Assembly (NCBI GenBank): GCA_041487215.1
Contig: JBGPMX010000002.1
Span: forward strand, 1-35,895
DNA length: 35,895 bases
Reading direction: 5' to 3'
From: Planctomycetia bacterium
GTDB lineage: Bacteria > Planctomycetota > Planctomycetia > JALXBF01 > JBGPMX01
Shown here: positions 25,136 to 33,311 of the stretch, one piece after another
Numbering within the stretch: the stretch's first letter is position 1
How the letters are laid out: every line of letters starts with the position of its first letter
The notes under the pieces: generated by a model
What the model saw: the letters and a program-made list of their open reading frames with translations, nothing else
What the model was told of the DNA's origin: nothing
The model's database searches: none
Made by a program: the position numbers and the translations under genes

Positions 25136-26062
25136 TCAGGCGGGGGTGAGTTCGGCGCCGAGCGCGCCGGAGGCCTCGACCGCGTCGATGATGCAAGCGG
25201 CCGTGGCCGCGTCCAGCCGGACCTGCGGATGCGCGGACATACAGTCGCCCCAACCGCGGTGGCGTAGCATGACTTCCAGGCAGGCCAGCGCCGGGCCGCA
25301 CTCGAGCGCCGCCGTGAGCTCGATGAGCTGCCGCTCCGCCCGCGCGGCGGCCTCGTCGTCGCCCGTGCGCGCAGCGTTCCAGGCGGCCACACAGAGCTCG
25401 GGAAAGACGCCCGCCAGGCCGGTCACCAGCCCGTCGGCGCCGAGCGCCGTTGCCGTGGCTACCAGCGTCGTGCCGTGCAGGTAACTGAACCCGAGCGCCT
25501 CGCGCTCCCCGCGCTGCCACGTCAGCGAACGTGTGAGGCTGGTCGTGACGTCTTTGACGCCGATGATGCGCGGGTGTTCCGCGAGCCGCCGCAGGTGGTC
25601 GAACGACAACGCGTTCGAAACCCAGGGGGCGTTGTAGATGATGAGCGGGCGGGCCAGCTCGTCGGCCAGCCGCGTGAAGAAGTCGGTGAGCTCGGACCGG
25701 GTCATCTCGCGGTACCACGGGCAGAGCACCGCGTACGCATCGTACGGCAGATCATCGAAGGCGGCGGCCTTCTCGAGCACCCGCCGCGTCCCGAGCTCGC
25801 TGACGTTGAGCACCAGCGGCACCCGGCCGGCCACGATCTCTGCCACCTGCTCGGCGAGCCGCCGCTGCTCCCCGTCGGTCACCAGGTCGAACCGCCCGGT
25901 AGTCCCAAGCACCCAGATGCCGTGCACCCCCGCGGCCAGGTTCCCCTCCACGAGGCGCTGAAGCGCAACCACGTCGACCGTCTCGTCCGGCGCCAGCGGC
26001 GTCGGAATGGGGGGCACAATGCCTCGGATGACTCGCGGTAGACCGTTATCTTTTGTTTCCAT
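25136..26062 (-). CDS. Dihydrodipicolinate-synthase-family (class I aldolase / lyase) protein
   Basis: VPPIPTPL, GIWVLGTTGRFDLV (a GTTGE-like motif with Arg in place of Glu), IIYNAP and the Schiff-base lysine context IIGVKDVT. GAGGA lies upstream of the ATG at 26062. Confidence 0.8.
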   Translation of the reverse strand: METKDNGLPRVIRGIVPPIPTPLAPDETVDVVALQRLVEGNLAAGVHGIWVLGTTGRFDLVTDGEQRRLAEQVAEIVAGRVPLVLNVSELGTRRVLEKAAAFDDLPYDAYAVLCPWYREMTRSELTDFFTRLADELARPLIIYNAPWVSNALSFDHLRRLAEHPRIIGVKDVTTSLTRSLTWQRGEREALGFSYLHGTTLVATATALGADGLVTGLAGVFPELCVAAWNAARTGDDEAAARAERQLIELTAALECGPALACLEVMLRHRGWGDCMSAHPQVRLDAATAACIIDAVEASGALGAELTPA

Positions 26063-26349
26063 CGCAATCCTCGAGACGCGGCGGGAACGCAGCCACCATA
26101 CCCGCGCGAACGACCAACTCCAAATGCTTTTTCGTTCACGCGGCGGCCGAGGGCGCGAGCGCGATGCCCCTATCCAGAGATCCCGAAAAGTCTCCCCTGA
26201 CCCCCGACGCCGCCCGGGCCGTGCAGGATGCCCGACCGCAAGGACGCATGGCGAATCCAGCTACATCCAAACGGGCCCTCGGCGCGAATCCAGGCTTTTT
26301 CAACCGGCTGCTAGTTCTCCGTCGCTCTTGTTTGGGACGGTGCCACGGA

Positions 26350-26430
26350 GATCCTTCGCTCCGCTCGTGCCTCGCTCTGCTCAGGATGACACCGTTTCAA
26401 CGTGTCAATCGAAGAGTGACGGAGTACTAG
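26350..26430 (-). repeat. Interspersed repeat family A with its extension module, reverse orientation
   Basis: GATCCTTCGCTCCGCTCGTGCCTCGCTCTGCTCAGGATGAC followed by ...GTCAATCGAAGAGTGACGGAGTACTAG. It is near-identical in layout to 9100-9179. Confidence 0.85.
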
Positions 26431-26436
26431 GTCCCC

Positions 26437-27069
26437 CTACGGGTTTGGGAGTGCGTCGCGGGTGGGCGGGGCGTACTCGAAAGGGAACTCGACCGTGAAT
26501 GGGTCCCACCAGGGATCTACGCCGGTGATAGGATCGGAGTGCCGGCCGAAACCGTTCTTGCTCGGCGGCTCGATCGCGTAGGTCAAGCGGTACTTGCCCG
26601 GTCCCGGCATGTGCAGCGTGGCGCCGTAGTGCGGCCCGTCCTTGGCCACCATGGGCAGCAGCGATCCTTCGATCGCTTCCGCCTCGGCCGCCTCGGGCGC
26701 GATCCTGTAGTGAATCGACAGATAAGGGATCCAGGCGCCGAGCCCGAAGCCGTTGCGGTTCCCCGCGAGGGCGTGAATGTCCGCCTCCAGATGGATCACG
26801 CCGTCGTCTTGCGGCAGCTCGAGCCCCTCCATCTGCACGGGCGGCAGCCAGACGGCCGCGATCTTCATCTGATTCCGCTCCGTGTCCCCGATCGGGTACT
26901 CGCGAAAATCGGCGGCGAGCGCCGCGTCCGAAACGCCTTGCGTGCCGATGGGCGCGGCGGATCCCGGCGCGACCGGGCGGCGCGTACCGATTCGGAGGTT
27001 GATCAAGAGCAGGCCGCCGGCCACGACCAGGACGCCGACGGCGATGATCGCACCGATCTTCTGTTCCAT
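26437..27069 (-). CDS. P19/FtrA/Tp34-family periplasmic iron-transport protein
   Basis: The ATG at 27069 lies 16 nt after the upstream permease stop. There is a TM anchor, MEQKIGAIIAVGVLVVAGGLLLI. Family blocks: MKIAAVWLPPVQMEG, VIHLEADIHALAGNRNGFGLGAWIPYLSIHY, DGPHYGATLHMPGPGKYRLTY. Confidence 0.85.
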   Translation of the reverse strand: MEQKIGAIIAVGVLVVAGGLLLINLRIGTRRPVAPGSAAPIGTQGVSDAALAADFREYPIGDTERNQMKIAAVWLPPVQMEGLELPQDDGVIHLEADIHALAGNRNGFGLGAWIPYLSIHYRIAPEAAEAEAIEGSLLPMVAKDGPHYGATLHMPGPGKYRLTYAIEPPSKNGFGRHSDPITGVDPWWDPFTVEFPFEYAPPTRDALPNP

Positions 27070-27085
27070 CACGCACCCGCTTGCG

Positions 27086-29314
27086 CTATTGGGGAGAGCC
27101 CGCCGGCACCCGGCCGTGCGGCGCGGTCGTTCCCGCGGCGACCGGCTCGGCAACCGGGCTGAGCTGAGCGACGAGCCAGACGGCCAGGAGCGACACGATG
27201 GCACCGGCGACCAGCGTCCCCTGAATGGCGAGCGATTGGACGGTGGTACCGAGCCCGAGCGCGTCGCGCAGAGCGGCCGGCAGGGCGAGAACCATCGAGC
27301 CGAGCGGCGCGGGCAGCGGCGTGTAGGCCAGGAACCCCGCTTCCTGGAGCTCGGTCACCCCCTTCCCCGCGAACACGACCGCCAGAACAAACAAGAGCGC
27401 ACCGGTGACCCGGAAGAATGGGCGAATGGGCAGGCGGAACGTGGCGCAGCGCAGCCCCCAGAAGATCGCGGCAAGAGCTAGCGCGGCCGCGACCATGCCG
27501 GCGAACACGCCGATCAGCTCGCCGCGCGCCGGGTGGCTGATCACCGGCTGGAGCATCAGAATCGTCTCGGCCCCCTCGCGGTAGACCGCCAAAAAAGCGG
27601 CCAGCGCCAGGGTTCGACGGTTCCCCCCCGCGACGGCCCGCCCGACCTGCCGCGTGAGGAACTCGTGCCAGCGCCGCGCCTGTGACCTGGAGATCAGCCA
27701 GTAGCTGACGTAAAACAGGACGCCGGACGCGACCAGTGCGACCACCCCCTCGATCGCCTCCTGGGCAAGCGCCGCGTGCCCGATCAGCCACTGGAACGCC
27801 AGCCAGGTCACCACGGTGGCTGCGAGGGCCAGCAGCAGTCCGATGCCGACCGCCCGCTTGCCGTCCGCCTGGCCCATGCGCGCCAGGTAGAGCAGAATGG
27901 CCGTCACGATGAGCAGGGCCTCGACCCCCTCGCGCGTCAGGATCAGGAACGCGTTCGAGAAGCCGTGCACGGCGGCCGCCAGGGGGGACGCGTGGGCGCG
28001 CTGGCAGTCGAGCGCCGCGCGCTCGATCTCGGCCCCGAGCGCATCGAGCTCGGCGGATGCCGCTTCCCCGCTCGCACCGTCCTGGAGCACGCCGCGCATC
28101 GCCAGGAAGTGATCCTCGATGTGCCGCATCCGGGCGAAGTCGCGTGCCGCCAGCGCGGGCTCGATGCGATGGAATACGTTGAGGTAGGCGTCCGCGAGGG
28201 ACGCGGCGGCCGCGTCGGACTTGCCGTGCCGCGCCAGATCGCGCACGCCGTCGAAGCTGCGGCGCAGCTCGGTCAGCACGCCCGTGAAGTCGACGGATGC
28301 CGCGCGAGCCAGCGACTGCGTGCCGCCCGCGAGCCGCGTCGCATCCGTGATCCCGCGCGCCCGCAAGCTCTGCACTTCGCCTTCAATCGCGCGCATCAGC
28401 CGGGCGACCGCGCCCCGAGCGTCGCCGGCCTGGCCGCCGTTCCGGACGAGCGCGCGGATCTGGCGGAAGCCTTCTTCGAGTACGAAGACACGCTCCTCGC
28501 CCCCGTAGAGCCGCACGGCGGTCTCGAGACCGCTCGCTTCGAAATGCTTGAAGTAGGCGTCCGAAGCGAGCCGCTCGGCCTCGGCCGACCCGCCCGCGCG
28601 ATCGGCCGCCGCGACCGCCGCGTCGAGCGTGCCGGCGATCGATTGCAGCACCGCACCCCAGTCGGGCGCCGCGCGTGTGCCGGCGGACGAGGCCACCACC
28701 GGCGCGGCCCCGGCACGCTCCAGATCCAGATCGATCCGCGTCCCGTCCGCGACCTCAATCTCGCGGCTGAGCGGACGGGCGAACTCTTGCCACACCACAA
28801 TCTTGTGCTTCCCCGCCGGCACGCCCTCGATGCGAAACGGCCCGCGGCCGTCCGTCACCGTGAAGAGCCGGCTGGGGCAGACCATCACGTAGCCGCGCAT
28901 CTCCTGGTGGATGTTGCACAGGATGCGCACGAGCCCGACCCGGGTCGGCGTCACCGGAGCCAGCTCCGTCGCACCGCTCACGCTGGCCGGACCGACCACC
29001 TCATTGAACCCGCAGCAGCTGCTCTGCAAATTGACGTTGTGCGCTTCCGGGTCACTATTGCGAAAAACGATCGAGCCCCCCAGCGGCATCGCCTGCACGC
29101 GGGGCACAAACTGCCGGTCGAGCTGATCCACGGTGATCCGTTCCCCCGCCGCGTGGTTGTCCGCATCCTTGCCTTGAACGTAGACGATCGCCGGGCTCGC
29201 TTTGCCGTCGATGCCCGGGGGCATCCGGACGGTGCCGACGAGACTTCCGGCCGTCGCCGTGGCGCACAGCAGGAAGGCCGAGCAAGCAGCGAGCGGGGCG
29301 ATGCGGTTGAACAT
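27086..29314 (-). CDS. Fusion protein: periplasmic cupredoxin (FtrB-like) + beta-sandwich + helical domain + FTR1/EfeU-family iron permease (FtrC-like)
   Basis: Signal peptide MFNRIAPLAACSAFLLCATATAGS. Type-1-copper-like ligand pattern: GGSIVFRNSDPEAHNV ... LCNIHQEMRGYVMV (H...C-x2-H-x2-M). About 270 aa of helical region follow. Then comes a polytopic permease with two REXXE motifs, LTREGVEALL and VYREGAETIL. Confidence 0.85.
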   Translation of the reverse strand: MFNRIAPLAACSAFLLCATATAGSLVGTVRMPPGIDGKASPAIVYVQGKDADNHAAGERITVDQLDRQFVPRVQAMPLGGSIVFRNSDPEAHNVNLQSSCCGFNEVVGPASVSGATELAPVTPTRVGLVRILCNIHQEMRGYVMVCPSRLFTVTDGRGPFRIEGVPAGKHKIVVWQEFARPLSREIEVADGTRIDLDLERAGAAPVVASSAGTRAAPDWGAVLQSIAGTLDAAVAAADRAGGSAEAERLASDAYFKHFEASGLETAVRLYGGEERVFVLEEGFRQIRALVRNGGQAGDARGAVARLMRAIEGEVQSLRARGITDATRLAGGTQSLARAASVDFTGVLTELRRSFDGVRDLARHGKSDAAAASLADAYLNVFHRIEPALAARDFARMRHIEDHFLAMRGVLQDGASGEAASAELDALGAEIERAALDCQRAHASPLAAAVHGFSNAFLILTREGVEALLIVTAILLYLARMGQADGKRAVGIGLLLALAATVVTWLAFQWLIGHAALAQEAIEGVVALVASGVLFYVSYWLISRSQARRWHEFLTRQVGRAVAGGNRRTLALAAFLAVYREGAETILMLQPVISHPARGELIGVFAGMVAAALALAAIFWGLRCATFRLPIRPFFRVTGALLFVLAVVFAGKGVTELQEAGFLAYTPLPAPLGSMVLALPAALRDALGLGTTVQSLAIQGTLVAGAIVSLLAVWLVAQLSPVAEPVAAGTTAPHGRVPAGSPQ

Positions 29315-29369
29315 GGGGGTGTGGTAGGCTCGGGCTCGAGAAATCGTCGCGGGCAGGAACGGAATTTAA

Positions 29370-29386
29370 TTGAGACTGAGTCTCAA
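29370..29386. promoter_or_regulatory. 7-3-7 palindromic candidate operator, TTGAGAC-TGA-GTCTCAA
   Basis: Perfect 7-bp arms in an unusually AT-rich island (AATTTAATTGAGACTGAGTCTCAAACTC). It sits just downstream of the predicted -10 of the iron-uptake operon, so it would overlap the transcription start. I cannot identify the binding protein. Confidence 0.45.
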
Positions 29387-29398
29387 ACTCTACAATGG

Positions 29399-29428
29399 AT
29401 TATAGAGGGTGGCGGAAAGAAGTGTCAA
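29399..29428 (-). promoter_or_regulatory. Consensus sigma70-type promoter of the cupredoxin-FTR1 / P19 operon
   Basis: The minus strand reads TTGACA (29428-29423), an 18-nt spacer, then TATAAT (29404-29399). Both hexamers are perfect. It lies 85 nt upstream of the ATG at 29314, inside the 121-nt gap after the upstream gene's stop. Confidence 0.55.
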
Positions 29429-29435
29429 AGGAATA

Positions 29436-30167
29436 CTAAGCGGGCGAGCCCTGCTCGCAGCCCGTCCCGTTCGCGCGTGTGCCGCCGGTTCTCAGGACGT
29501 GTGCGGCGAATTGCTTGGCCGGAGCGGGAATGGGCGACGCCTCGATGGCCGCCACCGTGCGCTCGACCTCGTACGCGGCGCGCTTCAGCTCAATGCGGCC
29601 GTCCTCGATGACCGCGTATGCGGCGCGCGGGTCCCCGTCACGCGGCTGGCCCACACTCCCCGGGTTCAGCACGCGGCAGCCGTTCACGGGGAGCACAAAC
29701 TGTTTGTGCGTGTGTCCCACGCACACGACGTCCCGATCGGTCCCCTGGAGCCGGCGCGCCCACTGGGCGGGGTCATCGGGCAGGTACTCCTCGAGCGGGT
29801 CGCGCGGCGTGGCGTGCACCAGGTAGATGCGGAGGCGGTCGAGCGTGAGGTGCTGGGTGACGGGCAGGCGGGCGAGGTAGGTGCGTTCGTCGCTGGCGAG
29901 CCGGGCCCACATGAGCGGCCGCGTCACGCGCGCCAGGTAGCGGTAGCCGGCGTCACCGGTCCCCGGAATGTTCTGCGCCACGGCGTGATCGTGGTTACCG
30001 CGGATGCAATAGTGCGCGTGCGCGCGCACCCAGCGCACGCAGGGACCCGGTTCGGGCCCGTAGTCGACCAGATCGCCCAGGCAGATGCAGGCGTCATGCG
30101 GCTCGCGGACCGCCGCGTCGAGTGCAGCCCAGTTGGCGTGGATATCGGCGAGAATCAGGATGCGCAT
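29436..30167 (-). CDS. Metallophosphoesterase (YfcE/MJ0936-like)
   Basis: MRILILADIHANW, CLGDLVDYGP, IRGNHDH, VCVGHTH, NPGSVGQPRDG: the canonical calcineurin-like phosphoesterase motif series. Confidence 0.85.
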   Translation of the reverse strand: MRILILADIHANWAALDAAVREPHDACICLGDLVDYGPEPGPCVRWVRAHAHYCIRGNHDHAVAQNIPGTGDAGYRYLARVTRPLMWARLASDERTYLARLPVTQHLTLDRLRIYLVHATPRDPLEEYLPDDPAQWARRLQGTDRDVVCVGHTHKQFVLPVNGCRVLNPGSVGQPRDGDPRAAYAVIEDGRIELKRAAYEVERTVAAIEASPIPAPAKQFAAHVLRTGGTRANGTGCEQGSPA

Positions 30168-30200
30168 GGGAAAGCCCGTCTCCTGGCGATTCCCGAGGGT

Positions 30201-32135
30201 TCATCCGAATCTGTTCGCGACCGTGGACAGGTGGGCTTCGCGCTCTCCGTAACGATCATACCACATTTGAAACATCAGGAGGGTCCAGAGCCCCTTGCGG
30301 TGGTTATGTTGCCCGCCGCGATGCTCGTCGAGCAGCCGGGCCACGGCCGGGGCGTCGAAGAGGCCCTGCCGCCGCAGGCGATGCGGGGCGAGCAGGTCGT
30401 TGACCAGCTCGCCGAGCTCGGTGTTCAGCCAGCGCGCCACGGGGATGCCGAACCCCTTCTTCGGCCGCTGGAGCACGCCGGCGGGCAGGTGGGGCGCCAC
30501 GGCGCGGCGCAGCACCACCTTGGTCTCGTTCCCGCGCAGCTTCAGCGCCGGCGGCAGCGCGGCCACGAAGCGCACCAGGGCGGGGTCCAGGAACGGTGCG
30601 CGGAGCTCGAGGCTGGCGGCCATGCTCGCGCGGTCGGTCTTCGTCAGAATGTCCTCCGCCAGGTACGTCTCGGCGTAGAGACGCGTCAGCCGATTGACAA
30701 GGTCCATGCCGGCAAGCGGCTCGGCGCGCGCGGCGTGCTCGGCTTCGGCGTCCCAGCCGTCGAGCTCCGCACGCAGCTCGGCGCTGAGTAGCGTGCGCTG
30801 CTCCGCGGCGTTAAACGACCCGAGCCAGAGCTGGTGTGCGAGCTCGGGGGCCGCGGCGGCGCCGCGCACGAACTGCCGCAGCTTGAAGTCGAGGCTGAAG
30901 TTTTCGTGGCTGACCGGCAGGCGGTTCACTCCCCAGCGGACCGCGCGCTGCAGAGCGCGGGGCAGTGCGCGGTACACGGCCGCCGCCCGCATGGCCTGGA
31001 ACGTCGGGTACCCCGCCAGCAGCTCGTCGCTGCCGTCCCCCCCGAGCGCGACCTTGACGCGCTCGCGCGCGAACCGGCTGAGCAGGTGCATGGGCAGGAC
31101 GGAGGCGTCGCCCAGCGGTTCGTCGAGGTAATCGGCCACGCCGGGGAGCAGATCGAGCAAGTGCGCGACCGAGAAGATCTGTTCGTGGTGCTGCGTGCCG
31201 AAGTGTTCCGCCACGCGCCGCGCCGGCCCGGACTCGTCGAAGCTCGGGTCCTCGAAGCCGATCGTGAACGTGCGGATTTCGCGGGCCGGCATGAGGGACG
31301 CCATCGCGGCCAGCACGCTGGTCGAGTCCAGCCCGCCGCTCAGGAAGACGCCGAGCGGCACGTCGCTCACCATCTCGCGGCGTACGGACGCGCGCAGCAG
31401 CTCCCAGAGCCGCGGAGCGGCGTCCGTACCGCCCTGCCCCGCCGCCGCGGCTGGCGGCTCCGGAGCCGGTAGCTCCCAGTAACGCGTGACGGCCGCCGCC
31501 GCGTGTTCGAACACCAGCCGGTGCCCGGCCGGCAACTTGTACACGCCGCGATAGACGCTCCATGGCGCCGGAACGTACTCGTAGAACAAGTACCGGCTCA
31601 GACTGCGTGGATCGAGCTCCCCATGGACCGCGGGATGCACCAGCAGGCTCTTGGGCTCGGAAGCGAAGACCAGCCCGTCGCCGATTCTTGCCCAGTAGAG
31701 CGGCTTCTGACCCATCGGGTCGCGCGCCAGCAGGAGGCGGCGGCGCGGCTCGTCCCAGACGGCGAAGGCGAACATGCCGTTCAGGTGCTCGACCAGCTCG
31801 GGGCCGTGCTCCTCGTACAGGTGGACCAGCACCTCGGTGTCGGAGCGGGAGCGGAAGCGGTGCCCGCGGCTCTCGAGCTCCTGCCGCAACTCGGGAAAGT
31901 TGTAGATCTCGCCGTTCAGCACAACCCAGACAGTGCCGTCCTCGTTCGCCATCGGCTGCTGCCCGGTCTGGAGGTCGATGATCGAGAGCCGGCGCATGCC
32001 GAGCGCGACCGGGCCGCGCACCATGTACCCCTCGTCATCGGGCCCGCGCCGGCGCAGCCGCTCGTTCATGGCCGTGATCACCGCGTGATCGGCCGGCGCC
32101 CCGTTCGCCGAGATGAAGCCGCAGATGCCACACAT
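30201..32135 (-). CDS. asnB: Asparagine synthase (glutamine-hydrolysing), AsnB-type amidotransferase
   Basis: The ATG at 32135 gives the Ntn-amidotransferase start MCGICGF. GAT-II blocks: RGPDDEG, LSIIDL, VLNGEIYNF. PP-loop: VFLSGGLDSTSV. The 17-codon upstream extension was rejected. Whether this is the housekeeping paralogue is uncertain. Confidence 0.88.
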   Translation of the reverse strand: MCGICGFISANGAPADHAVITAMNERLRRRGPDDEGYMVRGPVALGMRRLSIIDLQTGQQPMANEDGTVWVVLNGEIYNFPELRQELESRGHRFRSRSDTEVLVHLYEEHGPELVEHLNGMFAFAVWDEPRRRLLLARDPMGQKPLYWARIGDGLVFASEPKSLLVHPAVHGELDPRSLSRYLFYEYVPAPWSVYRGVYKLPAGHRLVFEHAAAAVTRYWELPAPEPPAAAAGQGGTDAAPRLWELLRASVRREMVSDVPLGVFLSGGLDSTSVLAAMASLMPAREIRTFTIGFEDPSFDESGPARRVAEHFGTQHHEQIFSVAHLLDLLPGVADYLDEPLGDASVLPMHLLSRFARERVKVALGGDGSDELLAGYPTFQAMRAAAVYRALPRALQRAVRWGVNRLPVSHENFSLDFKLRQFVRGAAAAPELAHQLWLGSFNAAEQRTLLSAELRAELDGWDAEAEHAARAEPLAGMDLVNRLTRLYAETYLAEDILTKTDRASMAASLELRAPFLDPALVRFVAALPPALKLRGNETKVVLRRAVAPHLPAGVLQRPKKGFGIPVARWLNTELGELVNDLLAPHRLRRQGLFDAPAVARLLDEHRGGQHNHRKGLWTLLMFQMWYDRYGEREAHLSTVANRFG

Positions 32136-32208
32136 GAAGCTGGATGCGCTCCTGGAACCCGGCGAAGTTCGAAACCGCTGATGCAAAGCTGCATACGGTT
32201 TTTGAGGC

Positions 32209-32259
32209 GGATACCCCCCCTTGTCCCCCCCTTAGCAAGGGGGGGAAGGGGGGGTATCC
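32209..32259. repeat. Palindromic G/C-homopolymer element (copy 2)
   Basis: GGATACCCCCCC (32209-32220) pairs with GGGGGGGTATCC (32248-32259). The inner C7-TTAGCAA-G7 hairpin has the same core as 2158-2249 in the opposite orientation. It lies between the prs stop and the asnB start. Confidence 0.8.
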
Positions 32260-32308
32260 GCACGGCGGTTCGGCGTATCCGCTTTGCCAGGCCAGGAACG
32301 CGAGGGCC

Positions 32309-33283
32309 TTACACGTGCATCACCGGCGTCGCGGTCGCGCCGAACAGCATGCTCACGGACTCACGGCGGAAGATCCGCTTGATCGCCTCGCCGATGAGCG
32401 GCGCGACGCTCAGAATCTTCATGCTCGGCAGCTGCTTTTCCGGGGGTACCGGGATCGTGTCGCAGACCACGATGTGATCGATGGCCGATTCGCGCAGCAG
32501 TCGCGGTGCGTCGCCGCAGAGAACGGCGTGGGTGGCGCACGCGTAGATCTCGCGCGCACCGAACCGCTTCACGACCTCGGCCGCGCCGACGATCGAGCTC
32601 GCGGTGGTGATCATGTCGTCGATGAGCAGGGCCACCTTGCCGTCCATGCGGCTGCCGATCAGGTTGGCCTGCTCGGTGCGGGTCGCACTCGCACGCCGCT
32701 TGTCCACGATCGCCAGGCCGTCGGCCAGCCGCTCCTGGTGCGGGATGCAGCGCTTGATCGCCCCCTCGTCGGGCGAGACCACCACCAGGTCGCGGCGCGG
32801 CAGCTCGAGGCTCAGGAAGTAGCCGTTGATGACCGGCGACGCGATGAGGTGATCGAGTGGCACGTCGAAGAAGCCCTGGATGGCGCCCGAGTGCAGGTCC
32901 ATGGTGAGGACACGATCGACCCCCGCCTTCTCGATGACGTTGGCCACGAGTTTCGCGGTGATCGGCACGCGGCCGACGTCCTTGCGGTCCTGCCGTGCGT
33001 AGCCGAAGTACGGGATGACGGCGGTGATGCGGCCGGCCGAGGCCCGTTTGAAGCTGTCGATCATCACGAGCAGCTCCATGAGGTTCTCGTTGACCGGCGG
33101 GCAGGTCGGCTGCACGATGAACACGTCGCGCCCGCGCACGTCCTCCTCGACCCGCGCAATCAGCTCGCCGTCGGGGAAGTTGCTGATGGCAATCTTGCCG
33201 AGCGGGATGTCCAGGTAGTTGGCCACCAGCCGCGCGAACGCCGGGTGCGCCCGGCCGCTAAACAGTTTCAGTTCGCCGTTCAT
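32309..33283 (-). CDS. prs: Ribose-phosphate pyrophosphokinase (PRPP synthetase)
   Basis: MNGELKLFSGRAHPAFARLVANYLDIPLGKIAISNFPDGELIARVEEDVRGRDVFIVQ, ITAVIPYFGYARQDRK, and the PRPP-binding loop LIDDMITTASS. Confidence 0.95.
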   Translation of the reverse strand: MNGELKLFSGRAHPAFARLVANYLDIPLGKIAISNFPDGELIARVEEDVRGRDVFIVQPTCPPVNENLMELLVMIDSFKRASAGRITAVIPYFGYARQDRKDVGRVPITAKLVANVIEKAGVDRVLTMDLHSGAIQGFFDVPLDHLIASPVINGYFLSLELPRRDLVVVSPDEGAIKRCIPHQERLADGLAIVDKRRASATRTEQANLIGSRMDGKVALLIDDMITTASSIVGAAEVVKRFGAREIYACATHAVLCGDAPRLLRESAIDHIVVCDTIPVPPEKQLPSMKILSVAPLIGEAIKRIFRRESVSMLFGATATPVMHV

Positions 33284-33311
33284 GGTGCACCCTCGTGGTT
33301 TCCGCGGCCGG

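Noticed and set aside
29370-29386. Calling the palindrome upstream of the iron operon a Fur box.
   Set aside because: TTGAGACTGAGTCTCAA shares no convincing identity with the GATAATGATAATCATTATC consensus and has 7-3-7 rather than 7-1-7 geometry. It is reported only as a candidate operator for an unknown regulator.
27776-29611. 611-aa plus-strand ORF. The same pattern applies to 12801-14582, 14285-15793, 16529-17839, 18998-20179, 23324-24883, 29409-30791, 31503-32477, 32144-33568 and 33219-34568.
   Set aside because: All lie opposite well-supported minus-strand genes (FTR1 fusion, SDR/beta-helix, D-TA enzyme, CHAT, propeller, phosphoesterase/asnB, prs, glmU). They have Arg/Gly/Asp/His-rich compositions typical of antisense reading of high-GC genes, and several span gene boundaries.
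32165-32205. tRNA-like T-arm string (AGTTCGAAACCGC) and a hairpin followed by TTTTT (AAACCG..ATGCAAAGCTGCAT..CGGTTTTT) that could be a plus-strand terminator.
   Set aside because: No acceptor stem, D-arm or anticodon-arm can be drawn around the T-arm-like string. No plus-strand gene ends nearby for the hairpin to terminate, since the region is the 5' leader of minus-strand asnB. It may still be a leader structure, but I cannot support a call.
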